A stretch of 32,422 nt of DNA, taken from positions 1 through 32,422 of the forward strand of contig CAXIUT010000106.1 of the NCBI GenBank assembly GCA_964035545.1. Direction: 5' to 3'. Made by a program: the position numbers and the translations under genes. Origin of the DNA: Bugula neritina. Taxonomy: Eukaryota > Animalia > Bryozoa. Below are positions 1-12,129 of the stretch, in pieces. The notes under the pieces were generated by a model, which made no database searches, had not been told where the DNA came from, and was given only the letters and a program-made list of their open reading frames with translations. How positions within the stretch are numbered: the first letter of the stretch is position 1; each line of letters begins with the position of its first letter.

Positions 1-113
1 CCCAACCCCAACCCCAACCCCAACCCCAACCCCAACCCCAACCCCAACCCCAACCCCAACCCCAACCCCAACCCCAACCCCAACCCCAACCCCAACCCCA
101 ACCCCAACCCCAA
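1..113. repeat. Left telomere (CCCCAA)n
   Basis: Perfect C4A2 hexamer array at the contig start, the repeat type known from Tetrahymena and related ciliates. Confidence 0.98.
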
Positions 114-497
114 TTCTTCTCTTAAGATATTGTCTTCAATGTTGGTTGAATGTTTTTCTTAGAAAAAAATGGTGTTTTCATTCATTTTCTCCATTTATGA
201 ATTAACTAATTTAAGTATTCGCATAACAAGAAAATTAACAATAAATTTATGATCATTTCTGATTAATAATTAACGAAAAAGAATAAATAACTTAGTTGAT
301 TTACCTTTAAAAGAATCGATTATTTAGTTTGAAATGAACACAATATGATACTTGATTTAGTAATAAATAATAAATAATAATAAAATTAATATGAATTACA
401 ATCTATCAATTTAGTTCAAGAGAGTTTATGAATTAACTGTATTTATTGCTACTGAATGTAAGATATTATTCATTTTATTTATTCAGGATATTAAGAT

Positions 498-1046
498 ATG
501 AGTAGAGCACACCAAAAATCTAAATAGACTATTAAAGTCGTTGCTACATCTGGAAAGGGCCCTTCTAGCCTCCCCTGGAAAGAGAGAATTCATCCCGATG
601 AATATCAAATTCTTCTCAGCACCTTCGAACTCTTTGATAGTGATCGATCAGGAACCATTGACCCAGAAGAAATTCATAAAATTATGGAAGAGCTTGGAGA
701 CTCACGCAAAGACACTCTTATCTTCACCATGATCGACGCACTCAGATATAAAAATAAACCCATTACTTTTGAAGAATTTGTTGATCTTGTATCTCCTCCC
801 GTTGGTGACGTCAAAACAAAAGACGGATTGAGAACCATTTTCAGACATCTTGATAAGGACCACGATGACTACATCAATTATGATTAATTGAAGAAGCTAG
901 CTAGACTTGCTGGAGATTCTATTAATGACGAAGAAATTTTGGAAACTCTTCATTCAATTTTCATCAACTATAAGACAGCCACCAACGAAGGACTTCACTT
1001 CGAAGAGTTTTATTCTCTTGTCAGCAATTATTATAAAAAGCATTGA
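498..1046 (+). CDS. Centrin/caltractin-like EF-hand Ca2+-binding protein
   Basis: ATG 498 to TGA 1046, no intron. EF loops FELFDSDRSGTIDPEE and FRHLDKDHDDYINYD-E(TAA); the TAA falls on loop position 12, which is normally Glu. Confidence 0.85.
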
Positions 1047-1196
1047 TCCATCAACCATATTCATCAAGTATTTAGTCACTATTTAACATCTTTGTGAAAC
1101 TGATCGACTTTCTTTAATAAATATTGAATTTGTATTATTCAATTAGTCTGTAAAGCTGATTTATATATTTTATAGATATTAAATAAAATTAAGAAA

Positions 1197-2393
1197 ATGA
1201 GTTAAGAGGAACCTACCTTTTTTCCTACTCAAATCGCTCAAAAAGGCAATAACGAATCATAATTGCCTGAATCACCTGAATCTCCTTAGCCATCTCCTGA
1301 GCCAACAGTTTAAAAAGTTGAAGAAGATCTTTGCTCATTAAGACAACTTTTAACTGCTTTTAACTCTTTCGATCGAGAAGAAAAAGGGTTAATTCAACTT
1401 TAAAATAGCTAATAAATTCTTTCCACAAGAAATATCTCAACTTAAAACAGTATGCATCTCATAATATAGTTAAAGAATATCATGTTATGAGTCTTCCTCT
1501 GTTCGAAAATCAAGTTTCTTTCGATTAATTTCTCTTTATTCTTGGACTTGCTTAAAGTAGTGATAGTAAAGTTGAAGAAAAGTATGCATTATGCAAAAAG
1601 GTAGATGAAAGACTTATCGACTTTTTGAAGTAAATTCTTTGTTATGAAGATTATTGAACAAATATAGAAAAAAAAGTGAAAAGAGTGGTAATTATAAGGA
1701 AGCAAAGAACAGTAAAAATAAAATTGAAGAAATAAGAAATAGATAGTTAGAAAGAAGAAATAAGTACCTCAAAATATTGTATCAAAATTAGATCATTGAT
1801 ACTGAGAATGCTCAAAAAAATAAATTTTAAGAATTTTGTAGTACATGGGATCATTTTATGAACTAATATTAGTTGACAGCTTCAGATTTAGTCAAAAAAG
1901 TTAAAGAAAGACAAATAACTTAATTAAACTAATATTAACTCAAGGTTAGAGAATAACTTGCCTCAAAAATGCACTTTTCTAAATATCTACTTGAATTGCA
2001 ACTCAAATAAAAGTACTTGATCTATCATTAAGAAATCTTGTCAAATTGCAATAATATTAAAAAGCTAAAGAAGTCCAACAAGATATCGAGGACATGAAGA
2101 TAAAAGAGATTCGATAAAAAGAACTTGCAGATCAATAAATAGTCTAACTAAGACTTAAGGCACTAAGAAAACAGCAAGAATCTACAATAAGCACATTATT
2201 ACAAAAAATACAAAAGGATAGAAACGATCATATGAGACAACGTCAAACTGAGACCGAGAAGTTGATGGTGAGGAGTAAGACCCAATTAACATAAATAGAC
2301 CATAGATTTAGCGAGACAATGAAGAAGATTTATTAAGCTTTGCATAATTTGGGGCTTTAGAGTGATAAAAATATCAGGATTAACAAACAGTGA
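1197..2393 (+). CDS. Hypothetical protein: degenerate N-terminal EF-hand-like region plus long coiled coil
   Basis: Continuous frame with TAR=Glu after removing three 20-nt GT-AG introns (1450-1469, 1630-1649, 2013-2032). Contains AFNSFDREEKGLI; ends at TGA 2391-2393. Confidence 0.75.
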
Positions 2394-2427
2394 AGTTTAA
2401 AATATTAATGATAGTATGACTATTAAA

Positions 2428-3315
2428 TCAATTCATATATTTATGAGTATTTTGACTTTGATTTGGATTATTATTCTAGATTGTAGGTATAATAGCCATC
2501 GGTCTTCTCATCATTTGAATATTGTTATAGATTGATTGTGCTCTTTGCTAGCTAATTTCTTAAAAGGGATCGAAATGAGGTTCGTCAACATTGCACCACT
2601 GATTCTCAGGATCAGGTACATTATCGATCTTTTTCAGGAATTGTCTAGTATTATTGCCCGTAACTGATATAAAAATATGAAATCCAAAGAAACATAAAAG
2701 AGGCAATCCTAGAACTGCTCCAATTACTGATACAACTACGATGATGGCAGTTTGATTGATATCTTCATCTGATTTCTTAACGATAAAGACAACTGTATTG
2801 ATTATTGCCATAAGAACTGAAAGAAAGGTAAATCCTACGAACATAACAAAATACCGATAATTTCTTTTCCCGATACAATTACCTACAACTCCACAGTGAT
2901 GATCGAAATTTTAGACACAATTTTGGCATGATGAGCAATGGCTAGCTCTAGGTGGTCGATATATATGGCAAGTTTAGCAAAATTTTGCCTCATCTCTCCT
3001 TTATTACTAAAGAAAGATTTTAAATTTCTATCTGTTGTGATCGAGAAAAGGTCTGCGAGGAATAATACCAGGATCGGTGCAATTGGTCAGAAACATGAAT
3101 ATTTGCATGATGACAATGCATATATACAACAGAATTGGTAAAGCAGGAGTAACTTCCCAAGTAGTTCCAACTATGAAGATTGAAAAAGGAATGAGTATTC
3201 CAAGGAGACATATGTATATATAGATTATTCCTCCTAATTATCTTGGAGGTCCTGAAATACAACAGCCACAGCAGAACCGATTATTTCCAGGCCAAACTTC
3301 GTGAAGATAAGGCAT
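2428..3315 (-). CDS. DHHC palmitoyltransferase (Erf2/ZDHHC9/14/18-like)
   Basis: MPYLHEVWPGNNRFCCGCCISGP...TDPGIIPR...[45 protein letters not shown], with hydrophobic segments. Intronless, 295 aa. Confidence 0.93.
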
Positions 3316-3653
3316 ATTTATATTATTATAACCGTATAAACTATCTAGTTCAATCACATTTATATCAACTAGCCAAAAGTTTATCAATTCGTATTGACAT
3401 AGACCTGGAAATATTTTTATTTAATCAAAAAAAATGGAGATGATTCGAATGATAAGTTAACATAAAAATGTTTGAGAAAAGCATAGTTAACTAAGAATCT
3501 GTATCAGAAAGTTTAGATTAAAAATTTAAGAGGTTAAACTTATGAGTGGAAAGCTTGAGAAGTTTAGTTTTAAGGAATATTTTAATTGAGAGGTTAGTTG
3601 GGTTAATAATGATATGAAATAGCTAATTCAGAAGGGGTACAAATCATGTTGCC

Positions 3654-3722
3654 TCACTTTCTGCTTTGTCTTCTTTTACGTTTTAGTCTTCTCATTCTTT
3701 TCTTTGCCCACTTCTCTCTCAT
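3654..3722 (-). CDS. RPL41: Ribosomal protein L41 (eL41/eS32)
   Basis: MREKWAKKRMRRLKRKRRQSRK* matches the L41 consensus MRxKWxKKRMRRLKRKRR; too short for the ORF track. Confidence 0.92.
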   Translation of the reverse strand: MREKWAKKRMRRLKRKRRQSRK

Positions 3723-3799
3723 TGTATGGATATAAATATATAATTATAAATGATTAAAAAAATAATATTCATCTCACAAAAAATTAGATCAAACATCAC

Positions 3800-4588
3800 T
3801 CATAACTCTGTCTTCTCTTCAGATATTTTTTATCCCTTCCTATTTTATCCTATCTCGTTCAAGTCTGAGAGTCTTTTAAAAATTCCATGATATTCTAAGG
3901 ATTCTTAATCTATTTGACCTTTCATTATCTTTTTAACCTCTTCAAATTATTTTTCACTCATCAAAAGCAGCTATCTTCTGACAAGCCAAAGATATGATTT
4001 ATCTTAAGGATATTATGAATGAATTCCTTTATACAGGACCATCTAAATTAAAATAATTCTTACATTAAGACCAGGAACTAAAGGAAGAAGCTCATTAAGA
4101 TCTACTATTGATCCATTTTTTATGTTTTAGTTCAAGAAAGTGCTCAAAGTGAATCCGTTTTAAGGCGCATATTCAGTTACTACAAAACTTATTGACAAGG
4201 ATAGACCTCGATGTTTCCAGGAAGAATTGCTTTTCTCATCAAGTTAGTACTCAATTTGCATTTCTAATACTTATTGAGTTAGGTCTGCAATTCTATGCTG
4301 CGGGGGATATTTGAAAGAAAATTTAGTTCCTTTATACTTATGTTCAGACCCTGAACCACTCAAAATAAGAGTTGATATATCCCCATGAAAAAATGTTCCA
4401 TTTGATTGATGAATAATCGTAATAGGACTCTATTTATTTTTAATGATAAATGAGAAGGCATTGTTAGGTTTGATAGGCAAGGAGGTGAGAGAGATGGGTT
4501 CGGGGATAGTTTATTTCTTGCAGACAGAAGAGGTAGCGATAATGAGTTGTCCTATTAGGAGAGTGACTAATAGTAGAATACCTTTCAT
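3800..4588 (-). CDS. Secretory-pathway alpha-carbonic-anhydrase-like protein, probably acatalytic, with C-terminal KTEL
   Basis: Signal peptide MKGILLLVTLLIGQLIIA. Alpha-CA-like motifs in the expected order: YKGTKFSFKYPPQH, LEMQIEY, VDLNELLP, LYKG...YLWLV. One probable 21-nt intron; ends EKTEL*. Confidence 0.62.
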
Positions 4589-4662
4589 AGAAGTAGTTAT
4601 TATCGCTAAAGAATGAATATAAGTTAGAAATCTTTAATTATCATATCAATCCAGAGACAATT

Positions 4663-5304
4663 TCATTTTACCACTTTGTATTTATTAAATAAACCTTTCA
4701 AATGCTCATTTTCTTGCTAGTTTTCCTCACCTACTGGTCCAGATACTACTTGCTTCTATGTCTCTGATATCATCTCTAGCAATTATTTCTTTCTTCGATT
4801 CCATTTGATCTTGGTTCTTTCCCATTCGTCTATCTTCTGCCTGTAACCTTATAACTATCTTTGGCATCCAAATATTTCTTCATCTAGTTCGATTTATCTT
4901 GCTTCTTGTTCTTAATATTCTCTTTGTAAAGATTAATTTTGTGCTTTAAGTTTTTTTCCTTCTTCAACAATACTATCAACTCCTTACCCAATACTCTCCA
5001 TCTGTTTTTAAAGGCTAGCTGCTTACTCTTTTTATGTGATCACTGTCTATAGTTGGTTTTTCATAGTTTCTAACTCTTCTTGCTGCCTTTTACGAGTGGA
5101 TTGAATTAAAAAAAGTAGAAATTATGATCTATCTGAGGTATTTTTCTTTTCAAGTTGTAATAGAGATTCGTAGTTATAGATGGCTACTTATATTTCTTAT
5201 TCAAGAAAACGAACTTGAGATGATTGTTGTTGAGATGTCATTGATTGGTTGTTGGGATGTTCTTGGCCTTCCAAAATTTTACTACTATTGTATTCAAAAC
5301 TCAT
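4663..5304 (-). CDS. Hypothetical coiled-coil protein (213 aa)
   Basis: Uninterrupted ATG-to-TGA frame with TAR=Glu; E/K/Q-rich. Confidence 0.7.
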
Positions 5305-5351
5305 TCAAGTAAGTTGATATTAATATATTAAATCATAAATCGAAAACATTA

Positions 5352-6346
5352 TCATAATCTTCTACCTTTCTGACTTGTATAAATCCTCCTTTTGTTCATA
5401 TAATTCACTAGTTTAATACGATTCTTTTACATATAGTTTTCTTCACTGGCTTCAAATACCACTTTGAAGCTCTCATCGAATAACAATCTTTAAAGAAATT
5501 TTAGAAATTAGCCATGAGAAAAAAACATTCGAAGAAGTTATCTATCTTATCAATGAATTACTTTTTGTTAGAAATAGAGAATTGATCCATAGATAGAAGT
5601 CTTGTCTCATCCTTTCTTCCTCGATTCTGTATTTATCTCTTCCATCCTTAAACACAGACCTTCCACAATTCATAAAGATCTTTTTTCTAAACTTGCTATT
5701 GGTGTTGCAATACTGCTGTTCTTTATAAATCTTGAGATTTTTCTCTTAAGGCTCGAATAATTTCATTTTTTTACCTTATTTATCTTTTTAGTCTGACCAT
5801 TTATCTTTAAACTTATGGGATTCTATTTTATTGAGAAGTTTTTGCTTTTTAAGGCAAGCTTTTAAAAGCTATTTCTGAAAGGTTCTTTTTCAGTTGTTCT
5901 ACATTGATTTAAACCTCATTTGATTTTAATTTTTAAGCTAAATAAATCAAATAAATACTTTAAAGAAGATGTTTGTAGATGGCGATTTGTTCTGATGCAT
6001 TACTCGACTGGGCAGTAAGATTTTTATGATCATCAAGAAGAGATTGATGTTGTGAGTTAAGTTTTAGACATTAATATTTGAAATAATCTCTTTCTTTAAG
6101 TACAGTTTCAAGTTGAATAGCCAATGTGTTATTGATGAATTTGTCTTAAATTGTATTTTTAAGCTCTTCAAGTAACTTAACTAGTTCATGTATTTTGAGA
6201 CGATAGCATTTCAGAAATTGTTATTCATGACGATGGACAGTTTATTAAAATGTACTGTTCATGCTTTGGGTTGCTTCTTCTATACTAAGCAAAAGCTTCT
6301 TTATCAAATTTTATGATTCCTTCACTTTATCGAATGATAATGTCAT
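5352..6346 (-). CDS. Hypothetical coiled-coil protein
   Basis: Frame restored by two short GT-AG introns (21 and 20 nt). Contains HEEQFLKCY, ERDYFKYECLKL and DLYELWKVCVEGWKREI. Only a weak resemblance to the BBOF1/CCDC176 C-terminus, not asserted. Confidence 0.7.
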
Positions 6347-6456
6347 AGAAATATTATTAATATTCCAAATAATAAATAATTTTGAAACCATATTAATAGT
6401 CCTAAAATATATTTCTGATCCTATTGATGTTTATTATAGTTTTTATCTATGAAAAA

Positions 6457-6567
6457 GGGGTTGGGGTTGGGGTTGGGGTTGGGGTTGGGGTTGGGGTTGG
6501 GGTTGGGGTTGGGGTTGGGGTTGGGGTTGGGGTTGGGGTTGGGGTTGGGGTTGGGGTTGGGGTTGGG
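6457..6567. repeat. Internal (TTGGGG)n telomeric block, right-end orientation
   Basis: About 18 perfect repeats, ending TTGGG directly against an open coding frame. Confidence 0.95.
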
Positions 6568-7067
6568 AGAAGCATAAAGAACTCATTGAAAATAACGAAA
6601 AAGTTGTTGAAGATAAGATAGGTATCACATAATTGAAAAAATAAGCAGCTTTAAAAAAAGAAGAAATCAAAAGAAAAAAATAAAGTAAAAATGATAAACC
6701 AGTATTAATTCCAATCAGAGATACTCCAGTTGAACCAGTTCCTGAACCAGTGAATGATAACCAAAAGTGTGAGAGAGCTACTCAAGATCAATTTGAATAT
6801 TTTCAATCTTACATAAGTCAAAGATAAAAAGAGAGGAAGTTTGATTAATAAGAATAAGTCAGACTTGATATGTTTGCTTTACAGCAGCAAATGTATAAAC
6901 AAAAACAAGAATAAAAAGTAGCTCCATCAAGAGGTATCACAATAGTTATGGAAAAATAAGTAGAAAAACCTAAGAAAAAGACTCTTATGAAGATAAAAAT
7001 AAAGAAAAAAGGAGATAATTAAGGAGAACAATATTAATAGAAAAATAAAATAAGAGTCCTCGAATGA
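6567..7067 (+). CDS. 5'-truncated hypothetical E/K-rich protein; start hidden by the telomeric block
   Basis: Frame [17 protein letters not shown]... is open from the telomere edge to TGA 7065-7067, with no in-frame ATG near its 5' end. Confidence 0.65.
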
Positions 7068-7187
7068 TTGTTCTTTTTACTTTATTAAAATTGAAATTAA
7101 TTCTTAGGATATAGATTAATCTTTTTGTTTTGATGCAATTTTAAACATATTCCTTAAAATATATTTCAGTTAACAATCATAATAACA

Positions 7188-8698
7188 ATGGAGAACCAAG
7201 CAAAAGCAACTTCGTATAAAGACTTGCTCAAAAGTTTCCAACAGGCGGACAATCAAGGTCAAACACCTCGAAATAAAAAACTAATCTATCGTCCTACTCA
7301 ACCTAAACAACTTGTAGCTTCAAAGAAAAATAAATAAAACATTATCACCAAAAGTCACACCCAAAGCATTCATTAAAAATCAATAATTCATAGATCTGAA
7401 TGGATAGAAGAAGATGTATTAAAATAATTCAATGATAAAAGAAAGGATAAACAACAAGAACTCAATTATAATAAATTCATAACTGAAATTACAAATATTT
7501 TGGCTGCTCTTACTGGAATCATTCCTCCAGAACTTCTTATTCACAAATTAACCTATTTACAATTTCTTTAAGCTCTAAAATAATTAGCTCTTATCAAAGA
7601 TAGTTATTAGCCGAGTTTCAATGATTCACCATCTTCTCTTTGGAATGAATTAGGTTCTAACGGACATACATGTGGGGCATTTATCCTTTATATAGCTAGT
7701 ATCCTTAATATGAAGAAAGGATAGGATTAGAATACTTTAAAATACCTATATTTATCTAAAAAGTATGCTTAGTTGAAATATACAAGAATGGAACTTTTAG
7801 GCAAAATTAAAACAACTCACGATGAGTAAGAATTTCCTTTTACACCATGTATATCTCAGAGAAGTAGAACTTTAGCTGCTAGTCGTTCTAAATCTAAAAA
7901 CAGGCATTAGAAATGTTTTGTTCAAAAAAGTGTTAATAATTATCTTTAAGAAAACCAGTAATAACATAATTAAATTTACCCTTAAGATACACTAGCAGGA
8001 AATCGTCGTTCTTAGATATTGTATAAACTTGCTAAAGAGAAATCTCTTTAGAAAAGAAGAGATAAAAAATCAAATTAAGTATAATACTAAAAGTCGATTA
8101 AAGAATTGACTTTTCGCCCTAAAATTCATCCAAATAATAAACCTAAAAATAAGAAAACTATTCATGGATAACAAGATTCAATAAATAGAATTATTAGAGG
8201 GAGAATCTAAAGATAAGTTCGCAGAATTATCAATCAAAAAGGTTTGCCTTATAATGAAAAACTTTTCGAAAGAATGAAAAAATAAAAATATTAGGCATTA
8301 CAAAAGGAAAAGAAAATTGAATGTCCCTATCATGACTAGTTTCTATAAAACTAGATAATACAAGTTTCTTAACCCTTATAACAGCCTTAGACTTAGACTT
8401 AGCCTTCACCTGAATAAATAATTGAAAAAGAATAAAAGAAATTAAAAGCTCAACCTATAGTTTTAACTATTGAAGTTGATCAAGATAGATGCTAAAAGCT
8501 AATAATAGATGACCCTAGTAAGTATAAAGAAGCAGCATTAAAGTTTATTCAAGATTTAAGTATTTATTTTTTGATATAGATCTTGGTCAATAGATGTATG
8601 ATAAACTAATTTAAGGAATTTAGAGGGCTTTAAAATTTCAATTGACCCAAGTAGATTAGGATTCTTGTGAATCAGAACGTGAATCTATTGAATAATGA
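7188..8698 (+). CDS. Hypothetical protein with 'E-x-x-F-x-P-x-I' repeats, possibly cytoskeletal
   Basis: Long frame with EFPFTPCISQRSR and ELTFRPKIH motifs; one 20-nt intron near 8560; TGA 8696-8698. Confidence 0.7.
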
Positions 8699-8816
8699 TT
8701 TTTTTTATAGAACTAACTACTTTTTATCAAGCTAGTTCCAATTTATTATGAACTATTATTAAATCTTTAATAAAATTACATATTTAAAGATTAAATATTA
8801 ATTGTTTGTCCGATAA

Positions 8817-9190
8817 ATGGAGAACGCTCAAAGCGAATATCAAAAGAAGATGGCTTAATAGGCTCAAAGACAGTAGTAGATATATAACTAAGATAAGCAT
8901 AAGAGCAACGTCAAGCAATTTTAATTCAGTTACTTACTCCTGAAGCAAAATAAAGATGTACTTATGTCTAACATAGTAATGAAAATAAAGACAGTCAAAC
9001 CTTAAAAAGCGATGGGAATTGAAAATTCAATCATTAAAGCAGCTCAATCAGGAATGCTAAAGAATAGATTGTCCGAAAAGGAATTAGTTGCTTTATTGGA
9101 GAGAGAAAGTGAGAGTAAAGCTGAACAAAAGATAACAGTATAATCAATATTATAAAGTTTAAACGTCATGGAATTGATGATGATTGGTGA
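8817..9190 (+). CDS. PDCD5: Programmed cell death protein 5 (PDCD5/Sdd2 family)
   Basis: EEQRQAILIQLLTPEAKERLMKIKTVKPEKAMGIENSIIKAAQSG...LSEKELVALLE...KITFKRHGIDDDW*. Introns 8873-8892, 8958-8976, 9138-9157. Confidence 0.9.
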
Positions 9191-9293
9191 TTTAGTATAT
9201 ATTCATCAAAAATATTATCTTATAATCAAAGAAGAAACCTCCAAATTTGTTGGTTTGAATATGATTCTTATTATTTGCTAATTTAAATTAAAT

Positions 9294-10367
9294 ATGAATC
9301 AAATAAGAGCAAGTGCTCCTTCTTAAATATCCATCAAGCGGCAAGGTCTCTTAAAAGAACTACAAAATATATCTAGAGAAAACATCAAGAAAAGAGCCAG
9401 AAGCTAATTGATTAAAGTACTTACTAATACATAACTTGATGATATACTCGAAAATACTTCATCTTCTATTCGAACTCAATAACTATCAACTCTGGTCAAA
9501 TATGCTAATTAACAATATCCTAAGGCAATTGCTCATATTGGAAACCTTCTTCTTGATGATATTTTGAGGGTTTCTTAACTTTAAAAATTTCATCTAGAAC
9601 CAGGATATCATCCATATTGGCTCTGGCTTATCGAAGTGCTTGTTGAAAAAGACTACTGCACACTTAATTTGGTTTAGCACTGCATAAAATCCATTTCCAA
9701 TAAAAGATCTTAAAAAATTGTTAAGAGCGCATTAACTGTACTGTACAAGATAACTACTTCTAGTTTACATTCTCCTCTTTTACTAAGAGATGAAGAAGCT
9801 CTTTTATCGATTTTAAATGCTACTTTTAGAGAAGATTCAGCTTCAGACATGGCTTTTTTACTAATTTACCAATTATTAAAAAAAAGCAACAAATCATTTA
9901 TTCAAAGATTTTAAGATGGAATTTTAAGATAAAAGCTGGTAAACTTGCTACTTCTTGGAAGTCTTAAAAAATCTATTTCAAAAATAACAACAATCAAGAT
10001 AATTTATTAATTTTTAAGCAAAGGACTTTATCTCAAATAACTTGAATAGACTATTCTGATGTTAATAAAGCAATCTCCATCTTTAAATGCTGAAGAACTA
10101 ATTCTTACTTATCTAAATTTATTTATAAGTGAATCAACTCGAAGTTCTCTTTTGAGCATGATCGATTTAGGATTGATAGTTTAGATGAGAAACTTGAAAG
10201 AACATTTTATGGAGAATTAAGATTACGACAATCATGCGAAATTAATCAGCATAGCGAGATAGTTAAATCAGATATCTAAAGAAATTGAAGGGATGGGAAA
10301 AGGAATAAATCGTGAATTATCAAGGTTTTAATTACTTGGATATTCTAACAAACTTTAGCTTTGCTGA
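9294..10367 (+). CDS. Hypothetical Leu-rich helical (ARM/HEAT-like) protein
   Basis: 357 sense codons with no in-frame TGA. The fold assignment rests on composition only. Confidence 0.65.
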
Positions 10368-10402
10368 TATATATTTTTTTTTATACTTATTTTACACTAT
10401 AA

Positions 10403-11060
10403 ATGAATTCTTTGCCGACAAATATACAATTCTACCTGAAACGCTATCAATAAAAAATGAAAGGTATATCTCGATTAAACAAGGATCGAGTGAATTAGCT
10501 TTGAATTCAATTAGACAGAGCATCTAGCAGTTCAATAAGTAGAGATGTTAAAATATTAAATTGAGAAATATTGAAATAGAACCATATGAAAATGATAAAG
10601 GAATATAGTATTCACTATTATACTTGATAAAAATTAAAGGAAGAAAAGTACTTTATCTATTATCAAGAATACCTACTATCAAAACAGAATTCTTAGCTTT
10701 TATCTTTTTGTTTTTGATGGTTTTCCCAAAGAACCTCCTTAAATTATAGCTGGAAATCTTTTCGATTCAGTTAAAAAATAAGAAATAAGATTTATGCATA
10801 TCAATGTGGCAGAGAGCGGTCAGTTTTGTACAAAAACAAACCAATAAAATGGCTAATACTTTAAGGGAACAACTTTAAAGGATATTTTAGTTGAGTTATA
10901 GAATACAATATATGAGCCAAACATAGCAAGTTCTTACAATAATATCCTTTTTGATGCGTTTAATGCTCAAGCAGGCAATCAATAATACTACCAACTCCTT
11001 AATAAGCAGGCTCGGTTGCTTTAAGAAGATTATTCATCAGATGAAGATGATGATTATTGA
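10403..11060 (+). CDS. Divergent ubiquitin-conjugating enzyme E2
   Basis: After 20-nt introns 10464-10483 and 10648-10667: IKGRKNTYYQNR...DGFPKEPP...FMHINVAESGQFC (HxN motif plus catalytic Cys)...TLKDILVELENTIYEPN, then an acidic tail. Confidence 0.8.
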
Positions 11061-11198
11061 GTATTAAAATGTTTAAATCAAAGTATTTCTTTTAAACAGC
11101 CCATTATTTTCTTATCTTTTTAGTTAATATTTCATTTAATATTGTATTGCCAGGATAAATTGCTGAAAAAATAACATTGATGTTCGATAATACTCAGA

Positions 11199-11349
11199 TC
11201 AATATTGAATTCTAAATGAACAAGACCTCTCAGAATATAAAATAGAACTTAAGAATCTTCTTAAATCATAGAATATATCATACATATGTTCACTGTCATT
11301 TAATGAATATAATTTAGAAATCGAATTGTAACGCTTAGATTATTCGAAT
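11199..11349 (+). promoter_or_regulatory. Conserved upstream region of secreted-peptide gene copy 1
   Basis: Aligns by eye with the upstream regions of copies 2-5 (TCAATATTGA, TCTCAGAA, AATCAATAGAA-like, GTTCACTG, TTATTCGAAT). Confidence 0.6.
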
Positions 11350-11667
11350 GGGAAAATTTGCTACACGATTCTTTTAGTAGCCTGCCCACGAAGCTCCCTT
11401 CATGCTGAATTATTGTAAACTAATGAATATTTGTTAGTTAATCTTAATTTATAACCAGTTCGTGTATCTTAACCCTAACTCCCATCTCTAATTATATGTC
11501 CTCCTCCACTTCCTCCAATATAATGCGAATAAAACTACCTCAATACTCATCTTGCAGTTCTTCTATTTGAATGTTTTACCCTCCTAAAGAATGTGTGGCA
11601 GAAGAGGATATGATATGGAGGAAGAAGATGTAGATGTGGAAGAAGAAGATGTGGGAAAAAATGTTGA
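11350..11667 (+). pseudogene. Secreted Pro/Cys/Arg-rich peptide family, copy 1 (degenerate)
   Basis: GGG replaces the family ATG after TATTCGAAT. The signal region is degraded (KICYTILLVACPRSSLHAELLETNE), and the RCGRRRCGKKC* tail is out of frame. Confidence 0.7.
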
Positions 11668-11964
11668 TATTAATTTCATTTACTCATTTAAATAAACTTT
11701 AGTATTTTTTTTCATTGATAAGATCTTAATGGAGAACCATCATTTATCTTCTAAAGTTTACAAATAGTTTATTTTTGTCCATTTCTTGGTAAAAAATTCA
11801 AAAGAATATGGTATTAAGCTTTCCATTTAAATTTTTTAGTCCAAATGATGAACAAATATGAAATAAAAGAAATAAAATAGTTTATTTAAGATAGCTAGTG
11901 ATAAAACAATTGAATTTTCAGGTAAGGCCTTACTGAAAAGTAACAGTGATCTTCAATACTAAAA

Positions 11965-12129
11965 TCAATATTGAATTTTAAATGAGCACAATCTTTCAGA
12001 AGATAAATAAAAATAGAACTTAAAACCTTTCTATATCAATAGAAAATATAATCAAATATGTTCACTGAAGTTTAGTGAATATAACTATAAATCGAACATC
12101 GAATTTTAGAAAAATATAATTATTCGAAT
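11965..12129 (+). promoter_or_regulatory. Conserved upstream region of copy 2
   Basis: Palindrome TCAATATTGA (11965-11974), inverted repeat TTCACT-N7-AGTGAA (12061-12079) and TATAAAT about 45 nt before the ATG. Confidence 0.6.

Noticed and set aside
114-160. Conserved chromosome-breakage motif near telomere junctions (Tetrahymena Cbs or Euplotes TTGAA type)
   Set aside because: No consistent motif at a fixed distance across the five junctions by eye.
6424-6670. ORF-track poly-GV and poly-QP proteins
   Set aside because: These are translations of the telomeric repeat.
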